This document shows, piece after piece, positions 1-12,609 of a stretch of 64,000 bases of DNA. Made by a program: the position numbers and the translations under genes. A model generated the notes under the pieces. It saw nothing but the letters and a program-made list of their open reading frames with translations, searched no databases and was not told where the DNA came from. Location of the stretch: assembly GCA_051294375.1 (NCBI GenBank), contig CM119268.1, forward strand, positions 4,082,404 through 4,146,403, in the 5' to 3' direction. Position 1 is the first letter of the stretch; each line of letters opens with the position of its first letter. The DNA comes from Paraspadella gotoi. Lineage: Eukaryota > Animalia > Chaetognatha.

Positions 1-292
1 GTCGTTGTTCCCAGAAAGAACCGATAGGTTTCGCCAGCATGCACCGTTTCCTCATCATTTCTCCTCATCCTCCTCCCCCTCCTCCCGGAGACCCAGGCTC
101 GAGTCCAGGGTTTAGGTTTTTCATTCACACTCTTTCCTCTCTTTCTCTCTCACCGTCCCTCTCCCGTTCAGTCTCTGTTACCATTTTTTTTACCGCCGAT
201 TTAGCCGCTTACATTATATTTTCCTTTCCCACCATTTTCCCCCGTCTTTACTTACCTAGATTTCAGTCACACTTACCCGACCTTAGTTAGAG

Positions 293-368
293 TGGCGCCC
301 AATGTGGGGCTCGAACCCACGACCCCAGGATTAAGAGTCCTGTGCTCTACCGACTGAGCTAACCGGTT
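293..368 (-). tRNA. tRNA-Lys-CTT: tRNA-Lys(CUU)-like sequence with genome-encoded CCA; probably a retrocopy or extended PBS rather than a canonical gene
   Basis: Reverse complement reads AACCGGTTAGCTCAGTCGGTAGAGCACAGGACTCTTAATCCTGGGGTCGTGGGTTCGAGCCCCACATTGGGCGCCA (76 nt). Intact D arm, anticodon arm CAGGA-CT-CTT-AA-TCCTG and T arm GGTTCGAGCC. Positions 1-2 (AA) cannot pair with C72/G71, and there is no downstream oligo-T. Confidence 0.9.
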
Positions 369-645
369 CCATCTCTTCATCATCGTCGTCTTTTTTTGTC
401 GTCGTCGTCGCCTTCCTTCTTTTGTGTTGATGGGAGAAAAAGCGACAATAGAGAACAACCATGGACTTTGACCCAAAATCTGTCAGGTAACTTGTAACGT
501 TTGATGATTGAGGACCTTTAACGTTTCTATTCTCATTTAAGTAAATAAAAAAATAAATTTGTTTAATTTTTAAACTTTCTTTTCACTTTTTGTTCGGAAC
601 CCAAATTTTCGTCTCAAAGTCAAAACTTCACTGCCTATCCGTTTT

Positions 646-646
<1 letters not shown>

Positions 647-716
<70 letters not shown>

Positions 717-786
717 ATGGTTTCTGCGGGGATGTTTACGAGGGGCTCCGCTTTTTCTTCTTGAGCCGACGGTTTCCGCCATAAAC

Positions 787-872
<86 letters not shown>
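647..872. repeat. (GA)n tract facing a (TC)n tract across a ~75 bp spacer
   Basis: Pure GA repeat at ~647-712 and pure TC repeat at ~788-872. Confidence 0.95.
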
Positions 873-874
<2 letters not shown>

Positions 875-2948
875 CAACGCTGCTGTTTCCATTTCTTTTA
901 TTATTTCCCAAGATTCATCCTTACTTGATTCATTTCTCTAGTAACGCTCTGTTGTTAATTAGTCATCATCCACCAGGAGAATCCATTAAAAATCATTTTT
1001 CACTTTGAATTTCTTTCGATCGATCAAAAGAGGTGGGCCCTTTATGATTGGACCCTCAATCACCGTCATTTTTCAATATTTAGGGTTTAGTAATATTATT
1101 ATTTTTGTTTATATTCATCTATCATGACTTCTAAAAATAAATTGGTACAACTAATCACCATAACTTACCCAGACAATCTTAAAAGATACGAAAATATTAG
1201 TTCTTAGAGTCTATACGACGCAATGTGCAGTCTCATACCAAAAAAAATATGCAGTCGAAAAAATGTCCCTATTGATTATATTGTTTTTTATTGTATCTCA
1301 TCCTTGGTCATTATTTCCTGAATGTTATGTCGCAAAGTTAATGCAAAATCTGAATGTTATGTAGCAAAGTTAATGCAAAATCTATTAAAGCTCTCTAGAT
1401 ACAGTTAAATACATAAATGCAAACAGAATTTGAACTAAAAATAAAATTGGTTTAATATGTATTAAGCTGTCGTTTAATATAAAAAAAATTCAAATATTGG
1501 TCTGTCCATCAGTCTGTCTGTTCGTGTTCGTCCTTCTACGTTTAGCTTTAAATTTTTATTTTCATAAAGAAACGAATCACTGGCGATGTACATTAGAGTT
1601 TCCTTAACCGTAAACTTTTCTAAAACGTCGGTAAACCGTTAAAAATCGACATTTTTAGCCGTTAACGGTTAAAATAAGTTAATTTAGTAACTTTAGTAAT
1701 AAGTAATAAGTAAATGGCTAAAAGAAGGAAAACAATTAAAACTTTGTATTCAAATCCTATTTCAATACTTAGGATGCAATAATAAAATAAAGGAAGGAAG
1801 AATATACACTGAATTAATGGTAATAAACAAATCAATTATAGTGATTATGAGCTTTTATCATTTTTTAAATTCAATAACTATCTTTAAAGAGCATCAACAC
1901 TGTTGATTCAACAGTTAATGTTTGAAGTTAAGAGATAAAAAGTCTTGATGCACTTCTCAGCTTAGACTGAAGTTGGCGATAAATCATAGGTAGTGATTGC
2001 TCAGCTGTTACGTCCAAAATAGTATTTTTTTAACTCATGAGGCGTTTTAAACTTTTTTTCTCAAGAAGAAAACTTTTTAATTCGTTCATTTTTTTAATTG
2101 GTGGTATTAAAGAGGCATCCTCCAATGTATACCCTGATTCCGATTGACCGCGTTCCCTTTCTTTGATGTTTGGCTTAAAGATTCAACAATATATGTCACT
2201 GCTTTAAACAGATATTTGACAGCTTTGGAATACAAGTAACTGGGTAGTCCTTTTTATGAAAATTTGCAAATTACTTGTTTCACTATTTTTCATTTTTCTA
2301 TTTTAATATTTTAATATTTTTATGAAGGATTTAGTATTTAATCTATATTATTTATTCTTGGAATTATTTATTTTCTTTTACACTTTCATAAAGATTTTTG
2401 CTGAACTCATTTCAGCCCACAAATTTTCATAATTTACTAGACATCTAATCACAACTTTTTTAGTCGGAATGACTATGCTGAAACTCTGTCAGGAAAGGCC
2501 TGTGACCATCATTATACTGTGGCGACATATTATTATATAACCAAGCTGAAAAAATTTAAAAAGATTTGAATTCCATTATTTGCATCTAACATTATATTCC
2601 GAATCATAGCATACTAAATTTATAGCATTTCACAGTTTCTTGAAGGTAAACTTAATGAGCGTCCATGAAAGCAAATTTTATTCATAACCATTCTTAACAT
2701 CTTCTTCTCTGAAATCATTATCATTATCATCAATAATTCCTAATCTACAAAAATCTTAGGCAAGGGCTAAATAAACATAGTGGCCTACTTTATCAACATT
2801 GTGAAACATGTCCGTTATTAATAAAAATAAATCGTTGTTGAAAATTAATTTCAAACTCTTCTAAGTTTATCAACAAAAAAGAATAATGGTAATAACTCAA
2901 ATTACTTAAGTTTTGGATTTGAAGTGAATTCACTTAATTGTTTAAACT

Positions 2949-4278
2949 TTAATTAGTGCAGTAAGAAAGGAAAGCCACAAACGTTGAAAATTTAAAAAAA
3001 AGGATAGTAATCAAATCGTAATTAGTTGGAAATTCATTGTCAATCCATGACAGATACTGGTCAAAAACCCGAGTGATGTTTCGTCCTTTTATCAAATCCT
3101 GGCGCATTTTCTTCAAGTTAAACAGAATGGGCGAATAGGCCGGCAAATTTGCGCTGAAAAATACACGATATTGTGAATTACTGAGGTACTTGGGAAAGTC
3201 AACTTTAAAATCTTTAGCCGGGATACTGAATCGAATGTAAAGACAAAAGTAACTGATCGCAAATATAGTTCCCACAAAAAGTTTTTGAAAAAAGTGACCC
3301 TTCAAAATTCTTACAAGTCTAATTTGTAAAAAGACCCCGATATACATCAAAAATGGTATTAGAGATGAATTAAAAGACAAGAAAAATGTTTCAGACATCG
3401 TTTGTAAGTTAGTAATTTTATTATAAGAGTATCCTGAATGTAGACTCGAGAGATTACTCGAGAGAAAATTCTTCACCTCAATTCCAGTCCCGCTCAAGAC
3501 CCTCATCAGCAACGGACCAAAGGGTAAATTTAAACAAAAGATTCCTATGATCCTTTTAACGAACCTTGGTGACTTTTGCCCTCTACTGAACAACTCCAAA
3601 AACGAAAAGAGGAATAATAAAGTCGCAATTATAATAGGAAACTGAGTAAAAACCGTGAAAGATCTGTACAGGTTTTGCTTAGAGACGATGATCTCGCTCA
3701 TATTTGATTTTTTGATGAAGTGGCTTTCGATATCCAACAAATCGAATATATTACTTACAGATTCATGACTTAAGCTAGCGAACGTGATGAGGCCAATGAT
3801 GGCTATTGGGGTCATCCAAGCCGCTATGAACTTTGCCGCTTCGGCCCTTTTCTTACGAAAAAAAAAACGCGGGCCAATGTACAAGGCGGCCAAAGTTAAA
3901 TCGAAGAGCAACAATAAATAGATGGTCGATTTTTTTGGATTAAGAAATTTGTAATTTCCCAATTCAACTCTATAATCCAGAGTAAGATAGTTCTTGAAGG
4001 CGGGCCTTTCCATTTTGAATAATTTGCAAGGCCTTGCTCCAGATTTGATTGGAATCATATTTTTCCACCTTTCCACATCCACGATTCCCTTTGGCTCATA
4101 ACAAGCATTCCTCCAAATTATTCCATTATTGAAAAATATGTCGTAATAATAGAGTTTTGGGGTCCATGAATTCATGAATACAGGGGATGGGTCAATGGCA
4201 TTTTGTTTGTCAGAATAGGAGAGAAGGGAGACGATGAGCACAGTCCATGATGACATCAGGACGAACTGGGTGACGGAG
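2949..4278 (-). CDS. Terminal exon 3 of XK-related multipass membrane protein
   Basis: 1.3 kb open frame with many hydrophobic segments. Acceptor ttttttcag|C TCC GTC at 4279/4278 lies 22 nt upstream of the track's ATG and its phase matches the upstream donor. Stop TAA at 2951-2949. Confidence 0.85.
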
Positions 4279-5121
4279 CTGAAAAAATGATAAAATGCGT
4301 AATTTAAAAATGGGGCATCTCACTGTTGGCTTTGGGGGCTTCCGACCATCAGTGATGCCTTTCACTAGGGTGTGTCAAAAATTTCAAAATGATGGTAGCT
4401 AATTTGGCATCTGACACAATGGTAATGGGTATAAAAAAGGATGTTTGCCCAAATCTTATTGTAATTGCTTCAACACCCTAGGCTCTACATTTGCTTAAAG
4501 AATTTTTGGCACAATTTTTGACTAAAAAGTCCATAGATGTAAAAGTATTAATTAAATCATCCAATTTTATTATTTGAATTAAACCTTAAAAATTATATTA
4601 CATCAATTTCAAATCAAAATTCCATCCACAGCCCTTACAACAGCCTCCACAGCATGCTGGAGGATGTGGAGTGGACAACATTAATGCTTATAACTTTTAT
4701 CATTTTAGGGTAGAATCTATAAATTTAGCAAAGATTTATAACCAATAAGGACCTCTAAGTTTATCATCAACTTTTATTTAAATCAAGTGGTGTGTTTTTT
4801 CAAAGTCCTTAAAAATTTTCACTTAAAATGTTAGATTTTCATAGATTTTACTACAGACTGATGCTAAATGATCAATAGAAAGGTCAAAGAAAAAAAATGT
4901 CCGACTAATTTCATCAGTCTCAATATAGCAGAGCCTCTCTTGAAGGTTCAGAGAGCTTGCTCAACACTCTCTTTAACTGGGCCAACCTAATAGCTTTAAA
5001 TCAATCTAAAAGGTTTGTTTAGTTCATATTTGATAAATAAAAATATTCTTTTGGTTTGAACTTTGAACTCATTTAACCATTCTTGAAACTTTTTAATATT
5101 GCAATATGCAAAAAGGATTTT

Positions 5122-6951
5122 TGTATCATATATTCTTCATTGGAGAAGCATTGCTGGAGGAAGATATCAACAAAGATGACAGCTCAGGCAATAAATGATG
5201 ATGATGATTGAAGATGTTGCAGAATTTTAAATTTTTTTATCTCACACATATGGAAATGTTTGAAAAATCCTTAAAAAAATTGATTCATGATATAAAAATA
5301 TGGAGAGAGTGGCTTGGAGAAGAGTCAATAATCACTTTTTCATATATTTTAATATACACACAATTATTTTCTCCCTTGAAAAAAACAAATGGGTTATTTT
5401 TTTAAAATTTAACTTTAATTAAAATTTTAAAAGTGAGGAATGAACAACATTATACTAATGAACATTTATGTAATAAAAAATTTTATAATAAATTTTACAA
5501 TTTACGCAGTAGGCCATATTTTTACTAGTACTAAACCAATAAATGTTAAAATTTATAAACAGTTTTTTCTAAGATTTTTTTGCAGATTTGGATTCGTCAT
5601 AAAAAGTTTATAAAAAGAAATATAACTCTTTTTTGAAAAATTCCTTCATTAAATGGGTCAAAAATTAAAAAAAGCTATATTTTAAGCTGAAAATAAATTT
5701 TTATTATATTAAATATAGTTTTTGTAATTTTTAACCCACTTAATGAAAGAATTTTTAAAAATGATTTATATTTTCTTTTATTAACTTTTGACGTGGAATT
5801 CAAATCTGCAATCCAAATTAAGAAAAGCCTTTTTAAAATTTTTTTATTTTATAAGGATAGTACTAAATATAATATAGCCTACTGCAAAAATTAAAAAACA
5901 TAAAATTAATATTTTTTACAAATTAATGTTCACTGATGGCATGTTGTTCATAATTAACTTTTAGAATTTTCGTATGTAACTTTCACTACGCCTTATTCTT
6001 CATTATAATAAAAAAAGAGACTTACCAGTTCTTTTTTTCAAATACTATCAGGAGCACTATGAACTAATGATTTTTTGATAATTCCATTGATGGAAACATT
6101 TTACAAAAATTATTTCCACTATTTCCCAATCCATATATGTCAAACAAAGCCACAAACTTTTTTGGAGGTGAAGATGGATTTGATTTGTTTCCAACATTTT
6201 TTTCTCTCCTGAGAAGTTCAATTCATCACCCTCTGACATGTCAAATAATTTTTTTCCTCCTTTGAAATCTTTTACTTCTTCTCCATTTGATAAATTTAAT
6301 AAGGATAAAGATTTTCAAAAGGCCAAACCACATGTAAATCAAGATATTCCTCAAAAAAAATTTTTTCCCTCTACTGGGAATTCTAAATCATCTCTGTTGG
6401 ATCAATTTAAGAAATCTACTGATATCAGTGATTCATGAATCACAATATCACTAATCAACAAGAGTTTTCTCCTTTAAAACCATATTCTTCCTCCACCTTA
6501 ATTGATAAAATTAACGATTTTCAAAACACCAATCCACATTTGAACAAAAAATATGATTCCTCTAGTGAGAATTCAAAAATAATTTCTCCCAGATAAATTA
6601 AAGAGATCTAATGATATCATTGATTCACATGAGATTCCTCCTTTTTCTCCCATCTCATTGATAAATCAAAGAATTAAAAAAACAATGAAAAATGTAAAAA
6701 ACACCAAAATTCAAGAAATGGAAAAAAGGTCATTATAAATGTGATAATATTTGTATGTGGAAAATTGTTCTAAGAAATTTTCAAATATTAATGCAAAGTT
6801 GATTCATCACTGGAAGAAATTTACTCCATTTTAAATTTGTTTGATAATTTCATAATATATGAGTGCTGCCTCAATTTAATTTTCACTAGTAAGATGGAAA
6901 AAATGAAACATTTTACCAAATCTCATGCCTTATTGACGGATATTTATTGCA
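5122..6951 (+). repeat. Near-identical duplicate of 8767-10636
   Basis: About 1.8 kb colinear match differing mostly by 1-nt indels. This copy ends next to the N gap at ~6967. Confidence 0.9.
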
Positions 6952-9066
6952 TACTCTCTCTCTTTTNNNNNNNNNNNNNNNNNNNNNNNNNTTAGTCGGA
7001 GTTCTGGAAAAAAAAATATATTTCACTATTACTCATGAGTGATGGGGAGGGATTGACTTGAAATTTTGTAGTGTGGGTAGAAAAAGTGTGTGATATTAAA
7101 CTGGAAATCAAGTTTCGATGGAATCGTTTGAGTGGAAATGCAGTTTAAATGAAAAAAAAAAGTGTTTCACTAATTGATTATGCTTTTAAAATTAAATGTT
7201 AAATGCAAATGTATTAATTAATCAAATAATTAATAAGTTAATTAAAACAATAAGTCAATTAATTAATCCAATAATTAATTAATCAGTCAATTAATCAAAA
7301 CAAAATTTTGGATCAAAATAATTAATTAATTGCCTAATTAATTAATTAACTTGAATTAATTTATTAATTAATTACGATAATGATAGTTGGCAGATCCGTC
7401 ATTGTTTGCTCAAACTTGTTGTTACAACGTGTTATGATCTGTTAAGATCACAAATTGAAAGTCAGAAAACATTACCGAAGAATTATTCATCGTATTAGCT
7501 TATTACCGCTTAATTATTGTAGGCAGATCCGACATTGTTTGTCCAAACTTAGATTATTCTTTTCTCGAAACAATTTCATTCTTTCATTCTGCTCAATCAT
7601 TAGCCTATTTATTAATATTGATACAATAAGCAACTAGTTAAAAACACTTAATTGAAACACCTTAAAGGCAAGGAGAAATGTTAATTGTCGCGGCTTAAAG
7701 ATAGCGGGTGCCGACCAAATTCAAATTTTAATGGGAACAGTATGTAAACTAATCCATTATTGCTATGTAATATTTGTATTTAAAATATTTTTTGTCAAAA
7801 ATGTTCCGAACCGAGAGTAATTCGCTAATTGAATATTATGTAATATTGCTCTATATAATCGTCAAAATTTTTTTGGATATTTTAAGTTTTTTTAATTGAT
7901 TCTGATAGAGCTAAAAAGTTAAGCAAAAAATAATTACAGACTTTTTAAAATCGCTGTTTTATTACTAAAAATTAATAAAAACTGCTAAAATCATTGGATG
8001 TGATGATGATGTTTTTAAAGTTTTTCCCAATTTTGACCCACTAATCATCAAAATATTGAAAAAAGAATTATACTTTGTTAGACAACTTTTATAAGCTATT
8101 CTGAATCTGCTTTTAAAATCAAATTTGAAAAAAATTTTTGACATTTCCTATCTATAAATAAATATCGAAAAATTAATTACTAATGCTTCTAGCCATTTAG
8201 AAAATTTTGCGTCATTGAAAGTTTTCTCAGAATATGTTGAAGTTTCATTTTGGAAAGGTTCCCAAATCAAACTTCTGACCCACCCCATTGACAAAGTTTG
8301 GCTCTATTAAAGAGGCAACTGACTTTTCCTCAATTTCAAACATTAAAAATAAGCCAGATATTCGCTTTCTGTCATGAATCGGGAAACTTGGGACTCAGAT
8401 GTCGAATCTCTGCCTTCGAACGTTGTTTTGTCTCCCAAAAAAATTAAAAGCAAAAAACCTACAGCTTTATATAATTTAATTTGTACTAAATTTTTTGTTG
8501 AAATCATTTTGGCCGAGTGCTTAGCGCGCCGAATTTCAATGTTACGAAAAGGTTTCAGTTCAAATCTGGCTGAAGCATCTTTTTACAATAAGTTCTGATT
8601 GTCCCAAAATTGCGTCGTAGAGCAATGGCTTACGAAGGGGAGTAGCCATATTTCTTGACTCGATAACAAGGACAAAAACCTCCTCTTTAAAATTCTCATT
8701 TGTACTCGAGTTACAGAGCTTTGCCGTCTCAGAAAATTCTAGACGGATGCTACTGTATCTAGTATATGTATCATATATTCTTCATTGGAGAAGCATTGCT
8801 GGAGGAAGATATCAACAAAGATGACAGCTCAGGCAATAATGATGATGATGATTGAAGATGTTGCAGAATTTTAAATTTTTTTATCTCACACATATGGAAA
8901 TGTTTGAAAAAATCCTTAAAAAAAATTGATTCATGATATAAAAATATGGAGAGAGTGGCTTGGAGAAGAGTCAATAATCACTTTTTCATATATCTTTAAT
9001 ATACACACAATTATTTTCTCCCTTGAAAAAACAAATGGGGTTGTTGTAATTCAAAGCATTCTTCAT

Positions 9067-9678
9067 TAAGGCGTAGTAAATTTTTTAAATTTAACTTTAA
9101 TTAAAATTTTAAAAGTGAGGAATGAACAACATTATACTAATGAACATTTATGTAATAAAAAATTTTATAATAAATTTTACAATTTACGCAGTAGGCCATA
9201 TTTTTACTAGTACTAAACCAATAAATGTTAAAATTTTAAAACAGTTTTTTCTAAGATTTTTTTGCAGATTTGGATTCGTCATAAAAAGTTTATAAAAAGA
9301 AATATAACTCTTTTTGAAAAATTCCTTCATTAAATGGGTCAAAAATTAAAAAAAGCTATATTTTAAGCTGAAAATAAATTTTTTATATATTAAATATAGT
9401 TTTTGTAATTTTTAACCCACTTAATGAAAGAATTTTTAAAAATGATTTATATTTTCTTTTATTAACTTTTGACGTGGAATTCAAATCTGCAATCAAAATT
9501 AAGAAAAGCCTATTTTAAAATTTTTTTATTTTATAAGGATAGTACTAAATATAAATATAGCCTACTGCAAAAATTAAAAAACATAAAATTAATATTTTTT
9601 ACAAATTAATGTTCACTGATGGCATGTTGTTCATAATTAACTTTTAGAATTTTCGTATGTAACTTTCACTACGCCTTA
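9067..9678. mobile_element. Palindromic MITE / fold-back DNA element (left-truncated copy at ~5400-5995)
   Basis: Termini TAAGGCGTAGT...ACTACGCCTTA. Internal inverted matches such as atgaacaacat/atgttgttcat, gcagtaggc/gcctactgc and tttgcagatttg/caaatctgcaa. Confidence 0.7.
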
Positions 9679-9749
9679 TTCTTCATTATAATAAAAAAAG
9701 AGACTTACCAGTTCTTTTTTTCAAATACTATCAGGAGCACTATGAACTA

Positions 9750-10700
9750 ATGATTTTTGATAATTCCATTGATGGAAACATTTTACAAAAATTATTTCCA
9801 CTATTTCCCAATCCATATATGTCAAACAAAGCCACAAACTTTTTTGGAGGTGAAGATGGATTTGATTTGTTTTCCAACATTTTTTTCTCTCCTGAGAAGT
9901 TCAATTCATCACCCTCTGACATGTCAAATAATTTTTTTCCTCCTTTGAAATCTTTTACTTCTTCTCCATTTGATAAATTTAATAAGGATAAAGATTTTCA
10001 AAAGGCCAAACCACATGTAAATCAAGATATTCCTCAAAAAAAATTTTTTCCCTCTACTGGGAATTCTAAATCATCTCTGTTGGATCAATTTAAGAAATCT
10101 ACTGATATCAGTGATTCATTGAATCACAATATCACTAATCAACAAGAGTTTTCTCCTTTAAAACCATATTCTTCCTCCACCTTAATTGATAAAATTAACG
10201 ATTTTCAAAACACCAATCCACATTTGAACAAAAAATATGATTCCTCTAGTGAGAATTCAAAATAATTTCTCCCAGATAAATTAAAGAGATCTAATGATAT
10301 CATTGATTCACATGAGATTCCTCCTTTTTCTCCCATCTCATTTGATAAATCAAAGAATTAAAAAAACAATGAAAAATGTAAAAAACACCAAAATTCAAGA
10401 AATGGAAAAAAGGTCATTATAAATGTGATAATATTTGATGTGGAAAATTGTTCTAAGAAATTTTCAAATATTAATGCAAAGTTGATTCATCACTGGAAGA
10501 AATTTACTCCATTTTAAATTGATTTTGATAATTTCATAATATATGAGTGCTGCCTCAATTTAATTTTCACTAGTAAGATGGAAAAAATGAAACATTTTAC
10601 CAAATCTCATGCCTTATTGACGGATATTTATTGCATTTCATGTAAATCTATTAAATTTTTAAATATGAATTTTAAAAGTAGAAATAAAGACATGGAGAGC
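9750..10700 (+). pseudogene. Degenerate gene with S/P/F/N/K-rich repeats followed by C2H2-like zinc fingers, antisense within XKR intron 2
   Basis: 171-aa ORF with recurring FSP/FFP-LK-S-SS-L-DK motifs. Across frameshifts it continues as YKC-DVENCSKKFSNINAKLIHHWKK and YECCLNLIFTSKMEKMKHFTKSH. Confidence 0.45.
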
Positions 10701-10828
10701 AATTGCAATCTAAAATGGAAAATTGGTATGAAAATGTATACAAGGTGTATAAAAAAGAAATGAAATATGGGGATAAAAATTGAGAAGATGACGGATACAA
10801 GGGGAAGGATTTTCAAGAAAATAAATGT

Positions 10829-11482
10829 TGAAGAGACAGTAATTATTGTTGTGTTAGTGACAGAACTGTTCAATGTAAGCAGTCCCTGAGCTTCGGATCA
10901 GGCAGTAACACCGTGTTACAGGCGGGTTAAGCGCCCCGTCTCTCTTAACTGCTAGGCGGCCACCGGTCTAGAACCCCAGACCTTTGGATTGGGAGGCAAA
11001 TGACTTGCATCCGGCACCAAAGGCCGCTGATGAATGGTTGGTGGATTTTAGTCCAGCATACATCCCCCCCCTCCCGTAGGGAGAAGTCTGTTGCGTCTCT
11101 TCAGTGAATTGTTGTTGGTGGAAAGTTTGTTACCAAGTTGAGGCATGTCACCTGATGTGTTGTTGGCAGAAAGTAGATTGCCAGGTTGAGGCATGTTGCC
11201 TAAAATTGTTGTTGTTGCTGTTTTGTTCAGAAGTCGGGCTCACCAATGAAGAGACAGTAATTATTGTTATGTGTTAGTGACAGAACCATTCAATGTAAGC
11301 AGTCCCTGAGCTTTGGATCAGGCAGTAACACCGTGTTACAGGCAGGTTAAGCGCCCCGTCCCTCTTAACTGCTAGGTGACCACCGAGCTCGAACCCCCGG
11401 ACCTTTGGGTTGGGAGGCGAATGACTTGCCTCCAGCACCAATGGCCGCTGATGAACGGTCGGTGCATTTTAGTCCACCATAA
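10829..11482 (-). mobile_element. TRIM (non-autonomous LTR retrotransposon) with a tRNA-like module in each LTR (Helenus/TRIMp3-like)
   Basis: Direct repeats 11247-~11482 and 10829-11062 (minus strand TGTATG...TCTTCA). PBS TGGTGAGCCCGAC at 11245-11233, 1 nt after the 5' LTR. PPT GGGAGGGGGGGGA at 11075-11063 abuts the 3' LTR. Flanking ATGT/ATGT is a candidate TSD. Confidence 0.88.
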
Positions 11483-12110
11483 TGTCAACATTGTTTTAAA
11501 GAAATAGGTGATGATAAAGAAAGTGTATTGGTTAAGAAAAAGATGGAGATTCTCATGAGTTTGAACAAATCTTGATCACAGAAAGAACAACACAGAAGGG
11601 GAAGAATATAGAAATACGTTTTCAAGAAAAAGAAATGTAACAACATATTAAAAGTCTTTTTCTAATGTTCAAGGAAAGATGAAAGAAAGATTGAGTACTC
11701 AGTCGCCTTGGCCGCCGCCGCCGCCACCGCCGCCACTCCGGTCATTGACGCTGTGTTCTCAAGACTTAGTCATAAACAAATTCGTTGTGAAAATCTAAAT
11801 TCTCTGTTTCATCTAAGCAAAATTTATCATAATTTGATGTTCTGACATAATATAAGGGAATGTCCAACAAGATTGGGGGAGCGGACCGACGAACCGACAA
11901 AGTAAGCAGATCCGGCTAAAAATTCTTTTTGCACCTGAAAGTAGACTTCAATACCAAATTTTGAATCCCTGCCAATGTTGCTTTTAATTTTATAGTAGAT
12001 ATCTAGTTAAAGAAATAGAAACTATGCAATTCATTAACTATTAGATTGATTATTTGTTCTCTACAAGTATTAACTTATCGAATAATGGTGTCTCAAAAAA
12101 ATATCCATAC

Positions 12111-12509
12111 CTTGTTGCCTTGTTTCGGTTCCCCAAACCAAAAAAGAATTCTTTCAATTCAGGGAGAGTGACAATTCTCAACAGAACAAAAGGCGTGAGA
12201 AGAACAATCCAAAGAGAACTTTTGAATGACCAAATGTAGATAATGCAAATGTTGACGACGATGCCGACGACGCTCTGAACGACGCCAATAACCCCAATTG
12301 GGCTCGCCAGAACGTCACGAATCTTGACCGCCGAGGAGGCTAAGCTCACGGACGAAAGTGTAAAAGATAGTATGGTAGAGGAGTCGCTCAATTGCCAAGA
12401 GCAAGAAATGAAATTGACTTTTTCATAGTGGACATTCATCGTGCAATAACATGGTTTTGGCAAAAATATCATGGTTCCGTTGTTGCTTAATCGATATACT
12501 TTGAATCCT
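12111..12509 (-). CDS. Exon 2 of XK-related protein (399 nt, phase 2-2)
   Basis: Acceptor ctctctcgcag|A GGA TTC and donor AAG|GTATGG. Open frame GFKVYRLSNNGTMIFLPKPCYC...TILSFTLSSVSLASSAVKIR..., which includes the S-rich helix that follows ES.PQ in XK proteins. In frame with both neighbouring exons. Confidence 0.85.
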
Positions 12510-12609
12510 CTGCGAGAGAGACAATTAACCCGAGTTTAGCACTCATTTTCAAATAAATATGCGAAAAAAAAATACCGAAGTGATACATATGACACAATTT
12601 TTTTAATAT

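Noticed and set aside
293-368. 5' acceptor-stem mismatches as evidence of Thg1-type tRNA 5' editing
   Set aside because: That editing is known mainly from organelles. Encoded CCA and the missing terminator fit a 2-nt-truncated reverse transcript better.
570-911. ORFs with ERERER / SLSLSL runs (also throughout 23-63 kb)
   Set aside because: They are translations of (GA)n/(TC)n microsatellites.
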